Below are positions 10,562 to 21,549 of a stretch of DNA of 53,260 nt, one piece after another. Numbering within the stretch: the stretch's first letter is position 1; every line of letters starts with the position of its first letter. The translations under genes and the position numbers were made by a program. The DNA is from Octopus bimaculoides (taxonomy: Eukaryota). Below the pieces are notes generated by a model. The model was not told the origin of the DNA. It saw only the letters and a program-made list of their open reading frames with translations, and made no database searches. Location of the stretch: positions 29,361,647-29,414,906 of the forward strand of contig NC_068989.1 in assembly GCF_001194135.2 (NCBI RefSeq), in the 5' to 3' direction.

Positions 10562-11474
10562 GGAGATCTTTTCCTTTTGGCCGGCACATAGAAAAAATAA
10601 TTTTTTTAAACTAAACACTTTCAAATTTCGTATACTGGTAGAATGTGTCATTTAAAACATAATTTACTCTTGACGTTTTTAAGAAAATTCTTTATTTTCG
10701 AAGTTATTTCGTGTTAAAGTTGTCATATTTCGGTAATTTCAACCAATCAATGACGTCTGCTGAGGTGAAAACAATTACTGCTGTGGTTTCTCAACAACAC
10801 GTTGTGGCGGTGGAATGGGATCTTTTCCCTTGAATAAAATTACTGCCGTTGTTTGTCAACAACAACTATCGACTGTATTTATTTCGTTTGTCACTGTTAT
10901 TTACGACATCGTTCGTGCGTTTGTACTGGTTTTAGCCTTATTGTTTTAGGGTTAGGGTTTTAGGGTCAGGGTTAGGGATAGAGTGTTAGGGTTAGAGTTA
11001 CCGAAAAATGTGAAAAATGAAGAAATTGGAGGGGGAGGGAGCAAAAATGTCTTTCCGAAAATTGTAGCTGAAAAAAACCCTAACTCTAAAACCCTATCCC
11101 TAACCCTAAAACACTAATCCTACCTCTAAAACCCGAACTGTAACCCTAACCCTAAAACCCTAAAGCTAAAACCAGTACAAACGCATGAATGATGTCATAA
11201 ATAACGGTGATAAAGTAAATTTACACCGCCAGAACGTCTTGTTGACAAACCACAGCAGTAATTGTTTTCACCTCAACAGACATCATTGATTGGTTGAAAT
11301 TACCAAAATACAACAACTTTAACACGAAATAACTTTGAAAATAATGAATTTCCTTAAAAACACCAAGAGCAAATGATGTTTTAAATGACACATTCTACCA
11401 GTATACGAAATTTGCAAGTGTTTAATTGACAAAAAATTATTTTTTCTATGTGCTGGCCAAAAGGAAAAGATCCC
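10562..11474. mobile_element. Large foldback MITE-like element with telomere-like repeats near the apex
   Basis: Termini gatcttttccttttggccggcacatag / ctatgtgctggccaaaaggaaaagatc; arms of about 440 bp pair throughout; (TTAGGG)-like runs at 10945-11000 and (CCCTAA)-like runs at 11077-11165. Confidence 0.8.
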
Positions 11475-11569
11475 GAATAAAAACTGGTGGGATAGCACAC
11501 ATACATACTGACATTCATCACTTTCTATTTTTTGTTTTCGAAAAATTTATAATCACAATAAATACTAAT

Positions 11570-11870
11570 AGAATCCGAATCTGAAGCATATTTTTAGAAA
11601 ATTTCATTAAAAAATATCCATGTTTCTTAAAGTTATGTAGAAAGAAATTCGTTGGAGCACATTTGTGTAGGTATGATTCAGCTAATTCTAGCATGTCACT
11701 GTATATCAGTGAGCATGCTTTACGGGAAGTCGAGAGGTCTTTGCAACATGCGTACGTAAGCAAATGTGCCCTACTGACTTTCTTTCGTCATAACTTCCAC
11801 AAAAATGGAAATTTATCAATGAAATGTTTTACAAGTATGCTTCACGTGGTGTAGATTCCGATTATATCTG
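11570..11870. repeat. Second, older imperfect foldback (DNA-transposon-like subterminal sequence)
   Basis: gcacatttg/caaatgtgc, agttatgtagaaagaaa/tttctttcgtcataact and catatttttagaaaatttcatt/aatgaaatgttttacaagtatg pair in nested order. Confidence 0.5.
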
Positions 11871-11986
11871 AATTTGTTGTGAAAAAATGTTTTTGGGTAA
11901 GTGTGGACAAAAGATTCAGAAAATTCACATGGGTCGGCTTTATTCCTGCATAACTTTCGGAAAAATAAGTATTTTAAATGAAGATT

Positions 11987-12220
11987 AGGATCTTTCTGAA
12001 TTGACGGGCACCACTTGTTTTCTTAATTAAACACTTTCAAACTTGGGATACTGGTAGAATGTGTCATATAAACCATCTCTTTCTCTTAGCCCTCTTAACA
12101 AAAATTTATATATTGCAAGTTATTTCATATTAAAATTGTCGTATTTCTGTAATTTCAACCAATCACTGACGTCTATTCAGCTGAATATAGTTACTATTGT
12201 TTTTGTAAACAATAATTTTT
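11987..12220 (+). mobile_element. Left arm of the same GGATCTTT MITE family, cut by an RTE-B copy
   Basis: ggatctttc...aaacactttcaaacttgggatactggtagaatgtgtcat...aatttcaaccaatcactgacgtc matches 10565-10760 and the 32433-32967 element. Confidence 0.7.
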
Positions 12221-12857
12221 GCCGGTGTCAAGATCCAGTGGCACTGGCAACAATCTCGCTTGAATGTCTTGACACGTGCCACCGGCATATGTGCCAGGAA
12301 GGCGATGCTGGGCACAGGTGCTATCATGATTTCGCTTTCGCTTGCCCCAACAGGTCTTCGCAAGCAGAGTTTAGTGTCCAATGAAGGAAGGTACGCATAA
12401 GTGAGCTGGCTACATCCCTGGCAGAGGCCTTGGATTTAGGTCTCACTTAGCTTGTTGGGTCTTCTCATGCACAGCATATTTCCAAAGGTCTTGGTCAGAA
12501 GTCATCACCTTGGTGTTGTCCAATGTTTGAAGGTCTTGCCTCACCACCTCATCCCAGGTCTTCCTGGGCTTACCTCTTCAACAGGTTCCCTCAACGGCTA
12601 GGGTGTGGCACTTTTTCACACAGCTATCCTCATCCATTCTCGCCACATGACCATAACAGCGTAATCGTCTCTCTTGCACACCACAACTGATGCTTCTTAG
12701 GTTCAACTTTTCTCTCAAGGTACTTACACTCTGTCTAGTATGCACACTGACATTACACATCCATCGGAGCATACTGGTTTCATTCCTTGCGAGCCTACGG
12801 ATGTCCTCAGCAGTCACGGCCCAAGTTTCACTGCCATGGAGCATGGCTGTTCGTACA

Positions 12858-12858
<1 letters not shown>
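12221..12858 (-). mobile_element. RTE-B LINE fragment (ORF C-terminus, partial 3' UTR)
   Basis: [79 protein letters not shown]. Confidence 0.9.
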
Positions 12859-12947
<89 letters not shown>

Positions 12948-13075
12948 ATATACATATATATATATGTGTATATATATATATATATATATACACATATATA
13001 CATATATGAATATATAAATATATAAATACATTGATATATATATATATTTATATATGCATATATATATCCATGTAT
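12859..13075. repeat. (TA)n(CA)n microsatellite
   Basis: Direct reading. Confidence 0.9.
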
Positions 13076-13409
13076 CCACAGATATTTGTAGGTTTCTTAA
13101 AACTACTTTTTTGGGGACCCACAAGTCCCTAAATTGCTCTTAATGTTAAGGACATGAATTTTTAGTTCAGTTCTATTAAACTGCTACAAGAAACAGTAAT
13201 CATGAGGTTAAGCTGCTGAAGTCTAAGAGTATATGGTTATGAGTTCAAACCTATTTCACCTGACGGAAAATGTTCCATTCCTGCTTCACATGTGATTAGA
13301 CAATGATAGGTAGGGCTTCACTGTAAAATCAGTTGCTTCAACAAAACAAAAAACCCCTGCCCACCCATACTAGCATAGAAAATAAATTAATATAATCTCT
13401 CTCTGTCTG

Positions 13410-13441
<32 letters not shown>

Positions 13442-13475
13442 CACATATACTTTTACTTTTACTTGCTTCTATCAC

Positions 13476-13599
13476 TTGACCATGCCCATGTTTTGGCTCT
13501 TGTGCGGGTGGCACATAAAAGACACCATTTTTGAGCATGGCCGTTGCCAGTACCGCCTGACTGGCCTTTGTGCGGGTGACACGTAAAAGCACCCACTAC
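13476..13599 (+). mobile_element. RTE-B 3' UTR fragment running into an N-gap
   Basis: ggcacataaaagacacc...cgtaaaagcacccactac matches 4790-4855. Confidence 0.75.
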
Positions 13600-14105
13600 N
13601 NNNNNNNNNNNNNNNNNNNNNNNNNNNNNNNNNNNNNNNNNNNNNNNNNNNNNNNNNNNNNNNNNNNNNNNNNNNNNNNNNNNNNNNNNNNNNNNNNNNN
13701 NNNNNNNNNNNNNNNNNNNNNNNNNNNNNNNNNNNNNNNNNNNNNNNNNNNNNNNNNNNNNNNNNNNNNNNNNNNNNNNNNNNNNNNNNNNNNNNNNNNN
13801 NNNNNNNNNNNNNNNNNNNNNNNNNNNNNNNNNNNNNNNNNNNNNNNNNNNNNNNNNNNNNNNNNNNNNNNNNNNNNNNNNNNNNNNNNNNNNNNNNNNN
13901 NNNNNNNNNNNNNNNNNNNNNNNNNNNNNNNNNNNNNNNNNNNNNNNNNNNNNNNNNNNNNNNNNNNNNNNNNNNNNNNNNNNNNNNNNNNNNNNNNNNN
14001 NNNNNNNNNNNNNNNNNNNNNNNNNNNNNNNNNNNNNNNNACAATATATATATATATGCATATATATAATTATATTCATACATATATATGCTTATATATA
14101 GATGC

Positions 14106-14136
<31 letters not shown>

Positions 14137-14860
14137 CAAAAATAAGCAACAAGGATATTCAAACTTAATGCAATACGATTGTTTCATGCGACTCCATTTA
14201 TTTAAGCAATGTGAACATTACATTAAATGTCAAATGCAGAGCAATCCTCAGCTGCACAAAGATATAGAAATTTACTGAAATTTTATTTCAACAGAAGGAC
14301 ATATTGTTGTAACTACATTTAAACTCTCCAAGTGGAAAGGAAGAATACAAAACCATCTTGACTTAGCCAGACCATACAGGCTAGTAATTATTAATTCCAA
14401 GTAGATTTTAACTGTCACTGATTTAATTTGTTTTTGTTTTTTTTTTTGTTTCATCTTATCAGACCTAGTGATTCAAAGCTTAAGAGGGCACCAGCTTTTA
14501 AGGAAAAGGCTGATGCCCTCTTAAGCTTTGGGAAAGGGAAAGGGGTAAACAATATACATGGATGATATGGTTATAAAGATTCTTTTGGTTTTAGTGACAA
14601 CCTATTATAAGTTGGGGGGTTTTCTCTACTAGCAGACCATTTTATAATGGAGCAGGGGAAGTTTAACATAAGGCACCTAGGTCAAAAGTATATAAAATAA
14701 AGTTGCTATATGTGTACAGATGCAGTATATGTTTATTCATAGTTTTCATTAATCAGAATAATGTATCAATATTGTTTTACATATGGTAAGTTTGGAAAAT
14801 TTGGGATACCAATATTTGCTTAATTAATATGTGAATAAATAAAAGCTAATTATAAATTAT

Positions 14861-15499
14861 TGGCATGTAAAAGCACCCACTACACTCTCTGAGTGGTTGG
14901 CGTTAGAAAGGGCATCTAGCTGTAGAAACTCTGCCAAATGCTGTGAGTGAGAAGACCCGGCAAGCCAAGTGAGACCTAAATCTAAGGCCTCAGCCAGTCC
15001 ACTTATGCATACCTTCCTTCCTTNNNNNNNNNNNNNNNNNNNNNNNNNNNNNNNNNNNNNNNNNNNNNNNNNNNNNNNNNNNNNNNNNNNNNNNNNNNNN
15101 NNNNNNNNNNNNNNNNNNNNNNNNNNNNNNNNNNNNNNNNNNNNNNNNNNNNNNNNNNNNNNNNNNNNNNNNNNNNNNNNNNNNNNNNNNNNNNNNNNNN
15201 NNNNNNNNNNNNNNNNNNNNNNNNNNNNNNNNNNNNNNNNNNNNNNNNNNNNNNNNNNNNNNNNNNNNNNNNNNNNNNNNNNNNNNNNNNNNNNNNNNNN
15301 NNNNNNNNNNNNNNNNNNNGCATGTAAAAGCACCCACTACACTCTCTGAGTGGTTGGCGTTAGAAAGGGCATCTAGCTGTAGAAACTCTGCCAAATCAGA
15401 TTGGAGCCTGGTCTAGCCATCTGGTTTCACCAGTCCTCAGTGAAATCGTCCAACCCATGCTAGCATGGAAAGCGGATGTTAAACGACGATGATGATGAT
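14861..15499 (+). mobile_element. RTE-B 3' end, rearranged, spanning an N-gap
   Basis: gagaagacccggcaagccaagtga ORF end, 3' UTR and terminal (GAT)n; 77-bp block duplicated on both sides of the gap. Confidence 0.8.
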
Positions 15500-15639
15500 G
15501 CAAAAACCATGAAGTAGTATTAATTTTAAATGCTTTGGTAAAGTACATTTAGACTTATTTACACCAATATAAAGAACCATAGATAAGATGTGAAATTAAA
15601 ATTTTTTTATATATATTGGACTAAAAATTATTTCATTAT

Positions 15640-16400
15640 TTTATTCAACCTTCTGAGTCCACCCCGAGAAAATTTCTATCTACTTTCTTGAATCCATTTA
15701 TTTCCTTGTCCAAGTTATCCTCAGTGATACTAGTGATGTCTTTGATCATTCCTCTGTCCTCATCATTCAGTCCTTCTATACTTTCAAGGCTTAGGTCCTT
15801 ACAATTCTCCCAGGTATCTTCATTAAATATAGCCTCATTAATTTTCAATGTAGTGTTTTTGATCATCACTCTCTTAACCTCATCAAGCTCTAATGCTGTA
15901 AGCCATCCTTTCTTTCTTATTACCCTTACCTGGTCACAGAGTCTCTGTTCCATAATATTTGAGCCCTACTTTTCCGTCCACATCTCATGCATCCTCTTTC
16001 TATATCCTTTTATGGGCTTCCCTTCATCATCAACAGGTCCACTCAAAAATAACATTCCATGATAGCTTTATTCATCATCTTAGTCTATTTTGTTCTGGTA
16101 GCCATATAATGACGACTGAGCTTGTGCCGCTCACCCACAGAGCATTTGCTAGATGATAGTCCATCACCTATAGTTCTGCCCTCATTTACACTGTTGTTTG
16201 CATTAATTATATTCATTTCTCTCATGCAGAGGAAAGTGTCGATAAAGTGTCACAACCACCAGTATTTTTATTGAGTCACCATCTCTAGAAGGGTGTCTAC
16301 CCTTAAAAGGGGTTCCTCTGCTCTTAAAAGTTTAAGTGAGCTATCTTGTGCTGGGCAACAACCGAGTAGTCAGAGCTCTGCAGCTGGTGAAATACACACA
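15640..16400 (-). mobile_element. 5' end (UTR and ORF N-terminus) of an R4/Dong-type RLE non-LTR retrotransposon
   Basis: ATG at 16216: MNIINANN...MATRTK*TKMMNKAIMECYF / GPVDDEGKPIKGYRKRMHEMW..EQRLCDQVRVIRKKGWLTALELDEVKR, the N-terminal signature of this clade as I recall it. Confidence 0.65.
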
Positions 16401-17094
16401 CACATCTATATACATATCCATATGCATACACATACCCAGACATGCATATGTAATCACATACTTGTATGTCATTCACCATTGTTATTATCATTGCTGTCTT
16501 AAGCAGTTAGGGCTTAATAAGCAGCACAACTAATAAAGAGTTGCTATTTGGATGGCTGTTGACCCCTTAGAGTTCATCCACCCACAGGTCTTGTATTTCA
16601 TCCTGCAGGTTGACCAGATAGCAGAAAGCACCCTCCTCACTAAGGAAGCTTTGTTGGGGTGCTGGTTTAGTCACCAATGGCCCAACACCTATGATTCAGT
16701 AAAAAGAAGAAAAAAGAAGTCTGTGAGGACAGGGTATAGAGAAGGAAAGCAACAGAGTTTAGTGGTTCAGTTATAGAAGTTTAAATATCTCTGAAAGGGC
16801 AGTTGGGGGTGCTGGGGTAGTTGCTGCTGCTTATTGTTATTGATATTAATGTTTTAAAGGTTTTTCCCAAACAGGGATAATAGCATTCAGCGTGTGAGTT
16901 TGACTAAGCTGCTGGTGACATAAGTGAGGGAAGAGGAGAATCTTGTAGCAAGTTATTCCCACAGATTGGTTGGTTAGATATTCACACAGGCTGTTTGATT
17001 GGTCTAGTGGCAGGTGGGAGGGGTTCCAGGAAGAACAAGAACAAGTTAGGCGAAAAAGAACCCATTTTAAATATATACATATATAATTTAAAAA

Positions 17095-18965
17095 ACTAGG
17101 GAAAGATGAGTGGATAGTGAGAGCTGTGCAAGCCATGTACAGGGATGCTGTCAGTAAGGTGAGGGTTGGCAACAAGTACAGTGAAGAATTCCGGGTAGAG
17201 GTAGGGGTCCACCAAGGTTCAGTCCTCAGCCCCCTCCTATTTATCATAGTCCTCCAGGCAATAACACAGGAATTCAAGACGGGATGCCCCTGGGAGCTCC
17301 TCTATGCTGATGACCTTGCTCTAATTGCTGAGTCACTATCAGAACTAGAGGACAAGTTTCAGGTGTGGAAGCAAGGACTAGAATCAAAGGGCCTTAGAGT
17401 CAACCTAGCTAAAACCAAAGTCTTAATAAGTAAGAAGGTAGACAAAACACAAACTCCTTCAGGTAGATGGCCCTGCTTGATCTGTAGAAAAGGCGTAGGT
17501 AGAAACTCCATAAGATGTACCCAGTGTAAGCTATGGACACATAAGAAGTGCAGCAATATCAAAGGAAGGCTAACTAGCAAGATAGTTTTTGTATGTGGCA
17601 GATGCTCAGGAGCAATAAACACTGAAAATGTGCAGAAAACAACCTTTGCCACACTCCAGGGAGAAAAACTAGAAGTAGTTGATAGCTTCTGCTACCTAGG
17701 TAACCAAGTCTGTAGCGGGGGAGGGTGCGCTGAAAGTGTATCTGCTAGAATAAGAATAGCCTGGGCAAAGTTTAGAGAGCTCTTACCTCTGCTGGTGACA
17801 AAGGGCCTCTCACTCAAAGTAAAAGGCAGACTGTATGACGCATGTGTACGAACAGCCATGTTATATGGCAGTGAAACATGAACCGTGACTGCTGAGGACA
17901 TGCGTAAGCTCGCAAGAAACAAAGCCAGGTATGCTCCGATGGATGTGTAATGTCAGTGTGCATACTCGACAGAGTTTATGAACCTTGAGAGAAAGGTTAG
18001 ACCTAAGAAACATCAGTGGTGGTGTGCAAGAGAGACGATTGCCCTGGTATGGACATGTGACAAGAATGGATGAGGATAGCTGTTTGAAAAAGTGCCACAC
18101 CTTAGCAGTTGAGAGAACCTGTGGAAGAGGTAGACCCAGGAAGACCTGGGATGAGGTGGTGAAGCATGACCTTCAAACTTTAGGCCTCACCAAGGCAATG
18201 ACTAGTGACCGGGACCTTTGGAAATATGCAGTACGTGAGAAGACCCGGCAAGCCCAGTGAGATCATAAGCTGTGACTTCTGCCAGAAGTGTAGCCAGCTT
18301 ACTTATTCATATCTTTACCTCATTGGACACTAAACTCTGCTTGTGAAGACCTGTTGAGGCAAGTGAATTTGAAATCTGAAATCGAAATCGAACTGAATCC
18401 GATGACTGGCACTTATGCCAACCTCTCCTTCGTTAGACACTAAACTCTGCTTGCGAAGACCTGTTGGGGCAAGTGAAATCGAAATTAAACTTGAACCATA
18501 TTTGATGACTGGCACCTGCTCCAGTGGAGCACTAACAGCACTGTCTGAGCGTGTTCATTGCCAGAGCAGCTGTCTGACTTCTGTGCTAGTGGCCCGTAAA
18601 TAGCACCATTTGAGCGTAATCGTTAGCAGTGTCGCCTTCTAACACTTGTGCTGGTGGCACGTTAGAAAATCATTCGGTACCAGTGCCACTGGACTGGCTC
18701 CCATGCAGGTGGCACATAAAAGACACCTTTTTGAGCGAGGCCGTTGCCAGTACCACCTGACTGGCCCTTGTGCCGGTGGCACGTAAAAGCACCCACTACA
18801 CTCTCTGAGTGGCTGGCGTTAGGAAGGGCATCCAGCTGTAGAAACTCTGCCAGATCAGATTGGAGCCTGGTACAGCCTTCTGGCTTGCCAGTCCTCAGTC
18901 AAATCGTCCAACCCATGCTAGCATGGAAAGCAGACATTAAACGACAATGATGATGATGATGAATG
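17095..18965 (+). mobile_element. 5'-truncated RTE-B LINE with RT core, embedded PHD finger, ORF end and full 3' UTR
   Basis: ORF 17117-17881: GVHQGSVLSPLLFIIVL, ELLYADDLALIA, GLRVNLAKTKV, VDSFCYLG, RIRIAWAKFREL; premature TGA at 17879-17881; (GAT)n tail at about 18950. Confidence 0.95.
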
Positions 18966-19249
18966 AATATGTACACAAATATATATAAGGAATTGCTATT
19001 CATAAATACATGGGTTTAATAATTAATCTAACAAAGGGAAGAACAGGCAAATGTGTAACTTCAACTGAAGTTTTTATGATGGTAACACAAGTGGTGAAAG
19101 AAAAAAGAAGAGGAGATAGAAAAGGGATATTGAGGGAGTGAGAGAATATGCAAGAGAGAGAGAGGGGATACATTGTGTTTTTATCAATGAGATTCTAACA
19201 TGTTTTCCTGGAACAGAGCAAGCTAGGTGAAAAGTTACCCATTTATATA

Positions 19250-20620
19250 CCGTAAAAAGCCATGTAATTTACGCACTTTTTTTGGCAAAAACAAAAATAG
19301 ACTTTAGTGGGTGTGTAAATTACATGAGTAGATCATTTCTAGAATTTTTTTAGAATTTTTTTTTGTTGAAGAATGACGTACAAATGTAAACATTCATGCC
19401 AGAAGTTGACACATTTAATATCAGAATAGGTTTTTACAGAAAAAATATAATAAAGTTGACTTTTATTTATGCTGGACAGTATAAAGCTTACTTTTTGTGC
19501 ATAAATTTACTAAAACCATTAAATGGTTAACTACTTTTTGAAGTTTAACATTCATGCTGGTAATCACGGTCCAGGCCATATTTTACTGCATCTAACGCCA
19601 ACGACAACATCATAATTCATCCTTGCGCATGTGAACTCATTAAGTGAATATGACTTAGCGTTCCTACAGAAACCTTCATCTACCTTATACAATGTTTAAT
19701 GTCATTTCACATTCATGTTGAATTATGCAGCAATCTTATGTTCTCTTTATAGAACACTTGTAATGTATGTATTACCAGTTTTTTGGTATAGGAGATTTTT
19801 ACTATTCTTGTTTATGTCTCCTCACAGACGTGTATTCTAACAAGTTGCTTCTTAAATTTCGTACCTCTCTTGTTCAATAAACACTGAGTCAAACTTGCAA
19901 AGCTGTTTATTTTCTCTTTTTGATTTTGAATGCTTATTTTAGAGGGTTACCAGACTATCAGTTTGGTCTCCTGGCTAAAACGGTAATGACAAATTTTTAA
20001 TGTTTGCTTGACATCTTATAAGTGTGAAAGGTATTAAAATTTTGATATTCCGTATCAAAGGTTCCAACAAGAATAGACAGAAAATCAGAGCTTGAGACAA
20101 GAAGACACTTTCGACCAATCAGAATTCTGTTTACATAGTCTGTTTCATGAGTCACCTTCTTCTGTCAGTTGAGTAAAGTGTCATCTAAGCTGATGTTTTA
20201 TTGGTAATTAAATTTATTTTGCAACACTTGTGCGTATTTATCAGCTTTGTTTTTGTTGATAAGAATTATCAACAACTTTTCCTGTGATCACGATTTGAGA
20301 AGACATACAGAAGTATGCTAAGGATCAGACATAATCTCTTGTGGGCAAGAAATGTAAAATAAAGTTTATTATAAACAGCACAAACACTTCGTAATTTAAT
20401 AGCTTTCAGTGTGCTACCTGTGAAACAGAAATTATTATTATTTAGTGAAAATTTAATAAAATCTAATCTTAAGTAAGTGAAATTATGCTAAATACAACTA
20501 AATTGAAAACCTTTTTCCCCTGGCCATATCGACAATTCTGAAAACTTTTGGGTGCAAATTTTATTGTGAAAATCACCTGCATAAATTACACAGGTGTGCA
20601 AGTTACATGGATTTTTATGG
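19250..20620. mobile_element. Tc2/pogo-like (TcMar) non-autonomous DNA transposon
   Basis: TA|CCGTAAAAAGCCATGTAATTTACGCAC ... GTGCAAGTTACATGGATTTTTATGG|TA imperfect TIRs with TA duplication; no transposase frame recognised. Confidence 0.65.
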
Positions 20621-20624
20621 TACA

Positions 20625-20625
<1 letters not shown>

Positions 20626-20655
<30 letters not shown>

Positions 20656-20662
20656 GTTATTG

Positions 20663-20724
<62 letters not shown>
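20626..20724. repeat. (TTA)n/(TTG) trinucleotide microsatellite
   Basis: Direct reading; origin of the poly-N / poly-I ORFs. Confidence 0.95.
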
Positions 20725-20955
20725 GCAGTGAGGTGGCAGAATCATTAGCACACCAGGTGAAATGATTAGCACTATTTCGTCTGTCGCTATGTTCTGAGTT
20801 CAAATTCTGCCGAAGTCGACTTTGCCTTTCATCCTTTCAGGGTTGATAACTTAAATACCAGTTGAGTGCTGGGGTTGATGTAATTGGCTATTCCCGTCCT
20901 ACAAATTTCAGTCCTTGTGCCTATAGTAGAAAGGATTATTATTATTATTATTATT
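20725..20955 (+). mobile_element. tRNA-derived SINE family B with (TTA)n tail
   Basis: A-box tggcagaatc, B-box gagttcaaattc, central gtcgactttgcctttcatcctttcagggttgata (resembles the Meta/Sauria-type central domain); copies at 31495-31926 and 38915-39118. Confidence 0.8.
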
Positions 20956-21502
20956 GAGTGAGGGAGCAGTGCATGCCATCAAAGTGGCACTGCGGTACAA
21001 TTATATGAAGGCCAATATACCCATCATAACTACCTGTCTGATAAGGGTACACCAGGCACATGCATCACAAGTATATGTGTGCAACATGGTGATCTCGCAT
21101 CAAGATAAACAGTGCATGACCTTGCAGGTGGAGCACAGGATTTTTGTCAGATCGAGTAGCCCATACCACTCAAAAAGTCCCTGAATAAGGTTTATTTAAG
21201 GATGATGAATGAAACATCCATGTTTTCAGAGGTGAATTATTCAAACCCCAAGAATTCCTCTCAACACATGGCTATGACGCACCCCCACTACTTCTGCTCA
21301 TGATCAGAGATGCACATATCATCAGCCATCAAGAGACATACTCAACTGGTTAAGGTCAAACAACTGACAAGCAAATCTGTGGTATTGAGCAAAATATTTG
21401 CTGTAGCCCATCTTTTATACCGAAACAAAACAATATACATGATAACTTCCATCAATTAAGATCAGAAGCCATGAGAGCCACTGCCTGGTATTGCATCAGG
21501 TA

Positions 21503-21522
<20 letters not shown>
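20956..21522. repeat. Unclassified about 570-bp element bracketed by (TTA)n arrays, possibly a LINE 3' UTR on the minus strand
   Basis: GC-richer block between two (TTA)n runs; single copy in this window, so its repeat nature is inferred. Confidence 0.3.

Positions 21523-21549
<27 letters not shown>

Noticed and set aside
10945-11165. True telomere or chromosome-fusion site
   Set aside because: Repeats are short, degenerate and embedded symmetrically in a MITE whose relatives occur elsewhere in the window
14295-14544. Two-exon coding pair (14295-14400 and 14463-14544) on the plus strand
   Set aside because: Needs a 62-nt intron or a GC donor, and the second exon is the palindromic hairpin, which explains its open frame; not supportable without RNA data
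16260-16400. HDV-like ribozyme in the R4-type 5' UTR
   Set aside because: A gagct/agctc pairing exists but I could not place P1.1, P2 or the catalytic C
16552-16776. 74-aa ORF MAVDPLEFIHPQ...
   Set aside because: No recognisable domain or convincing splice sites; lies between two retroelements
20488-20772. Poly-Asn and poly-Ile ORFs
   Set aside because: (TTA)n microsatellite
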